The notes beneath the pieces are model-generated. The model worked only from the letters and a program-made list of their open reading frames with translations, ran no database searches and had not been told where the DNA came from. From Acidobacteriota bacterium (GTDB taxonomy: Bacteria > Acidobacteriota > UBA890 > WLXD01): 64,000 nt of DNA. The stretch lies in the NCBI GenBank assembly GCA_963666055.2, contig CAXWPH010000010.1:1-64000 (forward strand), written 5' to 3'. Positions 19,846 to 28,654 of this stretch are shown piece after piece; position 1 is the first letter of the stretch, and every line of letters starts with the position of its first letter. A program made the position numbers and the translations under genes.

Positions 19846-19912
19846 GATGGCGCTACCAGAGGGGGGGTGAGCGCCTGAAGCCTATCGCCAGAGCGTGCGA
19901 GATCCAACGGAG
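19846..19912 (-). promoter_or_regulatory. Kinase leader repeat L7 (subtype B) upstream of the serine hydrolase
   Basis: TTGGAT (19907-19902), 17 bp, TAGGCT (19884-19879); the kinase ATG context is altered to gcgccATC. Confidence 0.7.
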
Positions 19913-20101
19913 GCACCGGTCAGGAGCCTCCCCAGCGCAACGGGCCTGCCCCCCGATCCGGGAACGGAGGGAGGTCCTATATATAGGAGGGCACCTTACC
20001 CGACGCACACACGTCGGTTCCATATGTCACTCGCCGACCCCCAGACCGACCCCCAAAACGGTTGGCTTGTGAGTGACTGGCTGTAAGTTATTGAATCTAA
20101 A

Positions 20102-20152
20102 GAGCCGGCGCGCGGATTCGAACCGCGGACCTGCTGATTACGTCAGCTGCTC
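20102..20152 (-). pseudogene. tRNA-Thr(CGT) 3'-half fragment (att remnant)
   Basis: Reverse complement gcagctgacgtaatcagcaggtccgcggttcgaatccgcgcgccggctc; no acceptor 5' strand; followed by ttcaataacttacag and CCGACCCCCA x2. Confidence 0.8.
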
Positions 20153-20255
20153 CGATCGGCACTGTGAGGCCGCCTTCATCCGACCGATCTGGGATGTACG
20201 GACGGTCAATCACAATCAATCGTTAGATCCCTGTTAGATGCCGGGCTCAGACGCA

Positions 20256-20308
20256 GAAAGCCCCGGTGGCACGAAAGGGCGAATATCCCTTTGCCACCAG
20301 GGCTTTCC
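20256..20308. other. Long GC-rich hairpin just downstream of the tRNA-Met fragment
   Basis: GAAAGCCCCGGTGGCACGAAAGGG..CCCTTTGCCACCAGGGCTTTC. Confidence 0.6.
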
Positions 20309-20311
20309 TGA

Positions 20312-20357
20312 AGTAGCGGGGGCAGGATTTGAACCTGCGACCTTCGGGTTATGAGCC
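20312..20357 (-). pseudogene. tRNA-Met(CAT, initiator-like) 3'-half fragment
   Basis: Reverse complement ggctcataacccgaaggtcgcaggttcaaatcctgcccccgctact. Confidence 0.8.
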
Positions 20358-20401
20358 TAGTGGGGGCAACCCCGTGGAGGTTCAAGTCCTCTCTTGGGCA
20401 C
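20353..20401 (+). pseudogene. tRNA-Leu 3'-half fragment
   Basis: cctagtgggggcaaccccgtggaggttcaagtcctctcttgggca: long variable arm, T-arm and acceptor 3' strand. Confidence 0.75.
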
Positions 20402-20555
20402 TTACCGTAAACGACTGACAAACAAAGGGTTGTGGCGCTTACCTACAGGGCCCGCCTAGCTCCAACCTCAGCCCCGCAGGGCAAAAAGTAACCAACAGGT
20501 AACGAAACGCCTCCTCTGCCATTACGAGCTGCGATTTCGCGCCCTACTTCGAACC

Positions 20556-20624
20556 GGGCCGCTCAGTTGGCAGAGCACCGGCCTTTTAAGCCGGGTGTCC
20601 AGGGTTCGATCCCCTGACGGCCCA
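20556..20624 (+). tRNA. tRNA-Lys(TTT), probably pseudo (about 4 nt missing at the acceptor/D junction)
   Basis: gggccg|ctcagttggcagagcaccggccttttaagccgggtgtccagggttcgatcccctgacggccca; expected gggccgTTAGctcag. Confidence 0.75.
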
Positions 20625-20662
20625 CACTTCAACCCGGCTTCCGCGCAGCGGCGTTTCAGGGT

Positions 20663-20736
<74 letters not shown>

Positions 20737-21030
20737 CTACCTTTTTTTGATCATCCGAGGGAGCTTCCGTAACTCTTCCGTAACTTCGTCCTGAGACCAG
20801 CGCCCGAGTACGATGGCAAGCTGCGTCACGACAAGGGCGGACTACAGCCGTCCTTTCCACACTCGCCCCTGGCCTTCCCCTCGGAAATCAACGACCTATA
20901 GCGTTAGATTGTTTACGAGGATTCCGAGCAGATAGCTCGGTTCAGGGACAAGAAAGGGACAATTAGGGGACAGTCCGCACGTCTCAAGTCGGGTCGGATG
21001 ACGGCAGCCCCACGGGGACGCTAGGCGCTG

Positions 21031-21079
21031 GCTGATTCGTAATCAGCAGGTCCGCGGTTCGAATCCGCGCGCCGGCTCA
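21031..21079 (+). pseudogene. tRNA-Thr(CGT) 3'-half fragment (att remnant), inverted relative to the 20102 copy
   Basis: gctgattcgtaatcagcaggtccgcggttcgaatccgcgcgccggctca; no 5' half; AT-rich tail tgtaaacccttgttattcaata. Confidence 0.8.
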
Positions 21080-21494
21080 TTGTAAACCCTTGTTATTCAA
21101 TAGTGTGGGGATAATTTTGTTGACGCCTCCTGAGAAAGTAATCGGCGGAGCAACCGTGGAGCAACTATACGGATTCGCTTTGCAGGCCAGGACCGAGCCC
21201 AAAACACGGCTGCTGCGCGAATCGGCGTCCTCGCGCTCGGGCGTACTCGGCCGGCGGAGCAGATAGAAAAGTAGAGGCGCGTGTCGGCGTCGAGGTCCGA
21301 GAGCAGCCGCTGCCAGCGGCCGAGCACCCGGTCGATCTGCTCGCTCGGGCGAACGCCCATCCCACCAAGGCGGGCTCCAGCCGTCCGGCCGCGATCAGCT
21401 TGCCGGAGCGGGTTAGGCATTTGCCGCGCCCATCGCCATCCCGAGACCGAAGATGATCCCGGTGTCACCGGCCTCAAAGGAGAGCGTGCGCCGG

Positions 21495-21600
21495 CCCCTG
21501 GCCAGTCACGCACGGCCTCAGCGGGAAACTCGGGTCCATTATCGGAACGGATGTCGGTAGGAATGCCACGGTGCACGAACAGCTTGCCGAGCCGGATACA
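21495..21600 (-). mobile_element. IS3-family integrase-core scrap
   Basis: LFVHRGIPTDIRSDNGPEFPAEAVRDW. Confidence 0.6.
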
Positions 21601-21687
21601 GGGCTCGCGGCTGGCAGCGTCGATCTGGTCCTTCGCCGACGCGACCGTAGCCATGAACGAGGCACCCTGACATGGCAGGGTCGCGGC

Positions 21688-22569
21688 TCATGTCGGGGCT
21701 CGTATCCGACGTGTTCTGCCTGTTCGGCAACGAGCAGCGGGCTCTCGATGTGCGACGCCGTCTCCTTCGTGGTTGCTACAGAAGAGCTGGGCCGATGGAT
21801 CTTTTTGCAGGCAGCGCCGCAATAGCGAACCGACCGCCAACGGGGTGTTGGTGGACAGAGCCGACCAGTCGGGCTCATGCTCGAGGATCGCACACAGCGT
21901 GTCGCCGACCGTCTCGCGCTCGAACGCCCGTTTGCCAGCCAACATCTCGTACAACACGCAGCCGAAGGCCCAGATGTCGGTGCGTTTTTCGAGCGGCTGA
22001 TCGCGCACCTGCTCGGGGCTCATGTACGAGGCAGTGCCGACAATCATCCCGGTCCCGGTCAGTTCGGTCAACTTGGCGGTATCGAGGGCTCCACCGCTGC
22101 CGTCGACCGCCTTGGCGATTCCGAAATCCAGCACCTTGGCCCGACCTTCCCGCGTCACCATTATGTTGGCGGGCTTCAGGTCACGATGGATAATTCCCGC
22201 GCTGTGCGCCGCCTCGAGTGCTGCAGCGATCTGGCCGCAAAGCCGGAGCGCATCGTCGACAGGCAGGCGGTCGGAGATCAAGTCGTTCAGGTTCTCTCCC
22301 TCGATCAACTCGAGAACCAGGAATCGCTTGCCGACGGCTTGCTCGAGGCTATAGATCGACGCCACGTTCGGATGGTTCATGGCGGCCAGGAGATGGGCTT
22401 CGCGTTGAAATCGAGCCAGCCTATCCGCGTCCTCGGCCAAATCGTCGGGCAGGACTTTGATGGCAACGTTCCGTTTCAGGCTCGTATCCAGCGCTCGGTA
22501 GACCTCGCCCATGGCGCCCGCGCCGAGCTGCTCCAGAACCTCGTAGTGCCCGATTGATTCGCCAACCAT
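21688..22569 (-). pseudogene. Ser/Thr kinase, 3'-truncated after the catalytic domain
   Basis: GAGAMGEVY, VAIK, HRDLKPAN, DFG, YMSPE, DIWAFG, RRCLQKDP, then junk. Confidence 0.85.
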
Positions 22570-22911
22570 GAGGCCATCCTGCCATCGCCCCTAGGGTTGT
22601 CTCAACGGGCGGGAGATCATCAAGCCAACATGTACACCTCATCTACTAAGTGGTTGATTCCGTTGAACTTACACCTTTAGATCACTGACACATCTGAGGA
22701 TAGTGATCGACAGCGCTCCACCTGATGTAGATCAGGGTGCTGACGTTCGGGCCGGCGCAGCGGCAGGTGCTCGAAGGACCCCTCGTGAGCACGTCGCGCG
22801 TTCATGCCCCGAAGGCTAACGAGCTTCGTTCTCTGACTGCTCCTGCACCGCCCCACACGAGTCTTGGGTGCCGCACCTTCTCGCCACCGCGTGCGACCAA
22901 GAGCGTTCCGG

Positions 22912-25149
22912 CTAGTGGCCTTCCACTACAAACAGCGGCATCAGCCGGGCCGCCTGGCCATCGGCGGTCGTATCCACTACTTGCAGCTCGACCAGATACT
23001 CGCCGGGGTCGAGATACGGCAGCGGCAAAAGGCCGCCGTATACGCTCGGGCCCTCGGGCCGCAATGCGTAGGCCGGTACCTCCGCGATGGTGTTCCGTGT
23101 TGCGTGATGGAAGATCGAGGCTGAAACGTGGGGCCGCGTCGCGCCGCTAACTTGAACGCTCGCGAAGATCTGGATGCCCTCGGATACGCCCTGGTCTAGC
23201 AGGGGTCTGAACGCGGCATCGGCCTCCAATACGCCGAGCATCGGATCCGCCATCGTCCACCCGTCGCTGGACGGAACCTGCACCTGCAGCCTCGACGTGC
23301 CGAATCGGTCACCGCCGTCTTCAGCGATCAGCAGCCGGATGTCGTAGATTCCTGGCTCGACTGACCACTCCGTCGTGTAGAGGAGGTGCTGGAACGGTGC
23401 AACCGGTGCGTACCCCGCCAGATCGGTGTGTGGCAGAACCGTCGCGTGAGTCTCGCCGCTGATCTCGCCCGCACGATCCAACGCGATGGCATGCACTTGG
23501 AAGTACGGGATGCCGAGCACGTCGACCAGCTCCTCGCGGTTATCCGCGGCGGGACCGATCCCCTCGAAGGCGGGCGCCCAGGTACCGGCGATCGTCTCCG
23601 CGGGCCGCGGCAACCCGACAACCAGTAGGATCTTGGGCGAGCCGTCGGGCTCAAAGCGGTGGAACGCGGCGGCGGGCACCGGGCGTCCCATGACTGAGCC
23701 CGGCAGCGCCAAGGCTGCGGCCACCTTGCGCGCCCTGAGCTCCGAATCCGGCAGCTCTCGATAGCCTGACCGAGCTCGAACCTCCACCTCCGGGTAGCTA
23801 ACCTGCACCTCGATCTCGTGGTACTCGCCATCCTCGTGTGGCGCCGGTGGCTCATAGAAGATCAAGTAGAATTGCGTCGAGTCGTTGTACTGCTCCTCGA
23901 ACGCTCGGTCGAGATCGCTCCAGCCGATGAACGACCGGCCGCCGGTCTTCGCAGCCAGGTCCACGAGCGGTACGGTGAGATCGCGATAGGCTGGCCGCAC
24001 GTGGCGTCGCAGAGCCGTGTTGAGCACACCAGAGCCGATGGCGGCACTCTTGCCGAGGCTGTTGAGCTCCGAGGTCGGGCGTGGATCGACCGTGTAAATG
24101 CTCACGTTGCCGGTGTTCGCGGTTTCGTACACCTCGTCCATCAAGTCGAGGACGCGCTGGTTGAGTGCCAACCTCGACAGAGTCGAAGTTCCCATCGGAG
24201 CGTCAACCGCCTCACGCACTGCTGTCGCGAAAGCCGAGTAGGGTCCGCCCTCGGTGATCATCGCACCGGAGGAGATCCACACCAGGGCAGTGCGGCCTTC
24301 CATTGCCGACAAGGCGTTGATGAAGTGAAGAAGAGTCCGAAGTGTCTGCTCGGTGCGCCGGCGCTCGCGCTCGCCGTCTAACCTGGCCTTTCGGTCGAGG
24401 TTGTCGAGAAGCTGGAGCACCATGACCGGGGTCAGCGCGTCGATCGCCCACTGCATCATTGGCTGATACTCCCGCTCCATGCGGCTGAAGATAGACGCGG
24501 TCGTCAGCCCTGCCTCCGCCACCGCCGCCGCCGCGTTACGAAGCACTTCACGATCGGTCGTCAGTGGGGCCATCTCCTGCACTGTGCCGGTGTTGTCGAT
24601 CAGGAACACGCTCCGCGGCACTTCCAGCGCACCCTCCCCTTCGAAGAGACTCTCGAGAGAGTTGGATAGCCGCGGCTTGTTCCTTCGATCCAGGCTCGGC
24701 AAGTCGACCAGGTAGACCACAGCCCCGAGACTTGCAGCGCTTCGCCGATTGGGTGCAGGCTCCGCCGGCACCGCGGGCACATCCTCGCGCGCCGTGACTG
24801 TTTCGTCGTGAGAGGCCACGTTGGTGACCTCTGCTCTTGGCAGGCTGACGTACTGGACGTTCAAGATCTCCTGCTCGACCCCGTCCTCGAAGACCCGGAA
24901 GTCGTCCGCCTTCAAGTCGTCGATGAAGTTGCCGTCCCCGTCGGTAACGATGGCGTCGACGCGCACGCGCCTGACCGCGGATCGAAACGTCGGTACTTGA
25001 GCCGGCAGCGCCTCCTGAGCCAAGGTCCCCGACGCGCCTGTTCTCCCGCTATTGCCCGCCACCGCGACGGCGCTCGAAACCGGTTGCCCGGTAACGTTCA
25101 ACGCCAGGAGGAAACCGACATACCGAATCGCGCGCTCGCGCCCTCTCAC
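22912..25149 (-). CDS. Acidobacterial VWFA-related domain protein
   Basis: PTFRSAVRRVRVDAIVTDGDGNFIDDLKADDFRVFEDGVEQEI, GRTALVWISSG, IYTVDPR, LAAKTGG, YLIFYEP..HEIEV..VRARSGY; GTG start inferred. Confidence 0.85.
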   Translation of the reverse strand: MRGRERAIRYVGFLLALNVTGQPVSSAVAVAGNSGRTGASGTLAQEALPAQVPTFRSAVRRVRVDAIVTDGDGNFIDDLKADDFRVFEDGVEQEILNVQYVSLPRAEVTNVASHDETVTAREDVPAVPAEPAPNRRSAASLGAVVYLVDLPSLDRRNKPRLSNSLESLFEGEGALEVPRSVFLIDNTGTVQEMAPLTTDREVLRNAAAAVAEAGLTTASIFSRMEREYQPMMQWAIDALTPVMVLQLLDNLDRKARLDGERERRRTEQTLRTLLHFINALSAMEGRTALVWISSGAMITEGGPYSAFATAVREAVDAPMGTSTLSRLALNQRVLDLMDEVYETANTGNVSIYTVDPRPTSELNSLGKSAAIGSGVLNTALRRHVRPAYRDLTVPLVDLAAKTGGRSFIGWSDLDRAFEEQYNDSTQFYLIFYEPPAPHEDGEYHEIEVQVSYPEVEVRARSGYRELPDSELRARKVAAALALPGSVMGRPVPAAAFHRFEPDGSPKILLVVGLPRPAETIAGTWAPAFEGIGPAADNREELVDVLGIPYFQVHAIALDRAGEISGETHATVLPHTDLAGYAPVAPFQHLLYTTEWSVEPGIYDIRLLIAEDGGDRFGTSRLQVQVPSSDGWTMADPMLGVLEADAAFRPLLDQGVSEGIQIFASVQVSGATRPHVSASIFHHATRNTIAEVPAYALRPEGPSVYGGLLPLPYLDPGEYLVELQVVDTTADGQAARLMPLFVVEGH

Positions 25150-25362
25150 CGAAGATCTCCTGTGCCCACGGCCACGCCACACTTGGTCCCCATTTGGCGC
25201 AGCAACTCGCTGGCGCACATATAGCCAGGGGTTCCGGCCACCGAGCCGCAGGGGTAGGTGCTGGAGCCACAGATGGACACGTTCTCGAACTCCCCGAACT
25301 GGTAAAAGCACCGTTTCGCATCGTCAGCATATTGCCTGTCGAAGTAAATTTGCCCCCCGAGG

Positions 25363-25753
25363 TGACCCTGCCCCACTTTTCCGGACACTTAGTTAAGATC
25401 CATTGTCGTAGTGGTAGTAGCGGCTGTGGGAGCTGTTAGCAACGCGGAGCGTTGTCCGAGCGACGGTGGAAATCGGGAATCGATTTCCACGAGCGCATCA
25501 GCTTCCACAGCTGATTGACGGCGCTTGCCTGGCCGCCGCATTGCCGCCTCGAACTGAGCCGGACTCTGGTCTCCGATCGAGGTGTGCATGCGAGCCCGGT
25601 TGTAGAACACTTCGATGTAGTCGAACAAATCGGCTCGGGCCGCCGCACGGGAACTGAAGCAGCCACCGAGTTCGAACTTCAAGGTAGAGAAGAAACTCTC
25701 CATCGGCGCGTTATCCTAGCAGTCTCCTTTCCTGCTCATGCTGATGGTGAAGC
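25363..25753 (-). mobile_element. IS3-family 3' fragment with terminal IR
   Basis: SMSRKGDC*DNAPMESFFSTLKFE..FDYIEVFYNRARMHTSIG; IR TGACCCTGCCCCACTTTTCCGGACAC at 25363. Confidence 0.8.
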
Positions 25754-26630
25754 TGACGTGCTCCCCGAAAACTGAGCCAGTGCGAGTGTGAGTTCTCCGG
25801 GCTAGATATAGGGCCGGGAGGGCTACATGAGGAAGAGGCGGTACAGCGAAGAGCAGATCATCAGGATCCTGCGCCAGGTGGAGGCCGGCGAGGCGGTCAA
25901 GGATGTGTGCCGGGAGCATGGCTTCAGCGAGGGCACTTACTATCGGTGGAAGGCGAAGTACGGGGGGCTGGATATCAGTGAGGCGCGCCGGCTCAAGGAG
26001 CTGGAGCGTGACAAACCGGCGGCTCAAGAATGCCGTGGCGGATCTGACGCTGGACAACCAGGCGCGCAAGGAAGTTGTGTCGCGAAAATGGTGACGCCCG
26101 CGATGCGGCGGCAAGCAGCGGCATGGCTGCAGCAGCGCTTGGGGCTGAGCGAGCGCCGGGCGTGCCGGATCGTGGGTGTGAACCGATCGACGTGCCGGTA
26201 TCGAGCTCGACGGCAACAAGCCGGACCGTTGCTCGAGCGGATGCGTGAGCTGGCGGCCGAGAGGCCACGGTTCGGCTATCGCCGACTGCACGTGATGGTG
26301 CGACGCGAAGGCTGGCAGGTGAACCACAAGCGCTTGTACCGGCTGTATCAACGAGAAGGGCTGGCTGTGCGGCGCCGCAAGCGTAAGCGCGTGGCATCGA
26401 TGCAGCGGGTGCCGATGATCACGCCACAGGCAGCCACCGACCGGTGGTCGATGGACTTCATGAGCGACTCGCTGGCCACCGGCAGGTCGTTCCGAACGCT
26501 CAACGTGCTGGATGAGTACAGTCGCGAGTGCCTGGCGATCGAGGTCGACACGGGCGCACGAAGTCAGCCAGGCGACAGCGCCGGGCCGCGAGTTCCGATC
26601 TCTCGGAAGAGCTTCGCCAGCCGCGGGCTG

Positions 26631-27077
26631 CTAGTGCAGGGTGGTGTCGTCGTTGTCATCGACACGGCCTTCCAGGATACGCGCCATGGCCTCTAATTGG
26701 TCACGACTGAGACCTGCGGCCGTTGCCGCGCGCACGATCAACGCGCGCTCTCCGTCCGTGATCTTGTGGTGCACCTCACGGCGTTGCGTGTTGACCCATC
26801 TGTCGGGCCCGCGATTCGTCAACCAGAAAATGAGCGCCGGCACATTGCCCTCTAGCGCCTTGCGCCTGAGTGAGGCTTCGACTTCCTCGTCGGCTAGCAT
26901 CTCCGCATCTTCAACCGCAGTGGCAAACTCGGGCTCATCCCGCATCGCCCGGTATGTTGTGCTCCGGCCAACGCCCACTGCCTCCGCTGCGGCCCCACGA
27001 CGCATGCCCTTCGCCAGCAGCTCGAGATAGCGCTGGCGTCTCCGAGGGCTGAATTTGCGCTTTTTAGGGCGTGTCAT
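26631..27077 (-). CDS. Phage terminase small subunit-like protein
   Basis: N-terminal HTH (AAAEAVGVGRSTTY) and VEASLRRKALEGNVPALIFWLTNRGPDRW. Confidence 0.7.
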   Translation of the reverse strand: MTRPKKRKFSPRRRQRYLELLAKGMRRGAAAEAVGVGRSTTYRAMRDEPEFATAVEDAEMLADEEVEASLRRKALEGNVPALIFWLTNRGPDRWVNTQRREVHHKITDGERALIVRAATAAGLSRDQLEAMARILEGRVDDNDDTTLH

Positions 27078-27204
27078 TTGTGTCTTCCGGGTCTTCCGGT
27101 GCTGGTAGCAAAGCGCTCCCGCAGCCACACACCGGCAACAGAGTGTCCCTTTTTGAGTACTGGGTACGCTGAAGGTCGGCATGCGTACATGGTATCCGCT
27201 AGGA

Positions 27205-27415
27205 GAACCCTGGTCGATCACGTTGAGGGGCACCAAGAACCATTCGCGCGGGAGTACGCGGTTGCCGAAGCGATCCTTGATCCCGCCCGGTAGACCTGGC
27301 GCAGTACCACGTCGAGGCGCCCGCGCCACGCCTTGTACCGCTCGCAGAACCGGCTGTACCCATACGCGTCCGGGGTGCGCCGAATCTTGCGCATGGACAA
27401 CCTCTTCTGCGACAC
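27205..27415 (-). pseudogene. Fused scraps of IS21 istA and a T5orf172/GIY-YIG nuclease C-terminus
   Basis: SQKRLSMRKIR..YGYSRFCERYKAWRGRLDVVLRQVYRAG (IstA-like); IKDRFGNRVLPREWFLVPLNVIDQ. Confidence 0.55.
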
Positions 27416-28263
27416 TGTCTTTCCTCCTCGCTGCAAAGGATCTTTCGCGAGGATCGAAGAATGGCCCGCTACTTTAGGTCATCCAGCACCGCTACCCGCT
27501 TCCTTTAATCAAGATATATTAGTAGATATAGGATCCCCGACTGCGGCGGCACAGCGAGGGCTTCAAGCCTACTTTTCGCCTATGTCTCGGTGCTGTCTCG
27601 ATGCCTTGGCCAATGGCCACACGGTCCGTGAGCGCTCGGTTCACGGGTCCCGCTGCGAGTGGGATAGCTCAGTCGGGGATCCGGAGCCACTTCCCCTTTC
27701 GTTTGTGGATCTTCCTCTTGATCAGGACCTCGTCAGCATCCTTCACGCCCACATCGCGGCTCTCCTGGATCCGCATCTGCGACTTGGCGCCAGCGGGGTA
27801 GGACGGGCGCCCGCGTCGCGCGGGTGTTGGTCCGGGTCGTCGAGCAACGCGGTAAACGCAAGGAGATCCTGATCGACAACGGCCCCGAGTTCACGAGCCG
27901 GGCGTTGGACGCGTGGGCCTACGAGATGGGCGTAGAGGTACGCTTCATCCGGCCTGGCAAGCCCGTGGACAACGCCTTCATCGAGAGCTTCAATGGCTCG
28001 TTCCGACACGAGTGCCTCAACCAAGCACTGGTTCACGGATCTCGAGGACGCCCGGTGCAAGGTCCAGTACTGGCGTCGAGACTACAACTACGTCAGGCCG
28101 CACAGCTCACTCGACGACCTGACTCCACACGAGTTCGCCGCGGCAGGACAACTCCAGCAGCCTCCGGCTGCTTCCGTTGCCCCGCCGGTTGGCGAACCGA
28201 TAACACCCCTATGTTCGGTCCGAGACTCTCACTTCCAGTGGACCAGAAAAGGGGGGCAGGTCA

Positions 28264-28642
28264 ACAGAGGCCATCGCCGCCAGCTTGGTCATGCTCACCG
28301 GAGGCGAGATTCGTCTTGCGCCAATGGCGGCGGTGATGATCCACGAGGCGCGGAGGAACGTTGATCGCTGCGCCCCCAAAGGCGTTCCAGGTGACGTTGG
28401 ATTTCCTGACTCGATTCAACGCCGAAACCGTTGTGCCGCTGTACATGCGGCGAATGAACGTGTCCGAGGCCGAGTTGCATCAGATGCTGCAGCAAGAGCG
28501 CTCATTCACGGCGACCGAGGCCGTTGAGGTCGGGCTTGCCGACAGTGTGATCGAGATCGAAGACGACAACGACACCGACGGCAACGAGGCGCGAGTATTC
28601 GCGCGCCGAAACCTGAGACTGGCCGCGCTTGCCGGCACGTAA
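28264..28642 (+). pseudogene. Phage ClpP-type prohead protease, 5'-truncated by IS3
   Basis: AASLVMLTGGEIRLAPMAAVMIHEA..ELHQMLQQERSFTATEAVEVGLADSVI. Confidence 0.7.
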
Positions 28643-28654
28643 AGGAGAACGACG

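Larger units (their letters stand above)
25754..28263 (+). mobile_element. IS3-family (IS407-like) element interrupted by ~1.3 kb of foreign DNA
   Basis: IRL TGACGTGCTCCCCGAAAACTGAGCCA at 25754; orfA MRKRRYSEEQII; orfB runs to ECLAIEVDT (~26550) and resumes ILIDNGPEFTSRALDAWA (~27865); IRR ...ggggggcaggtca ends 28263. Confidence 0.8.

Noticed and set aside
1732-19912. Leader and tail repeats as a CRISPR array or DGR template/variable repeats
   Set aside because: Spacing is hundreds to thousands of bp and irregular; there is no cas or reverse transcriptase gene; the differences are not adenine-specific.
19970-19992. Palindrome CCTATATATAGG near L7
   Set aside because: Isolated, with no second copy or cognate regulator; not enough support for an operator call.
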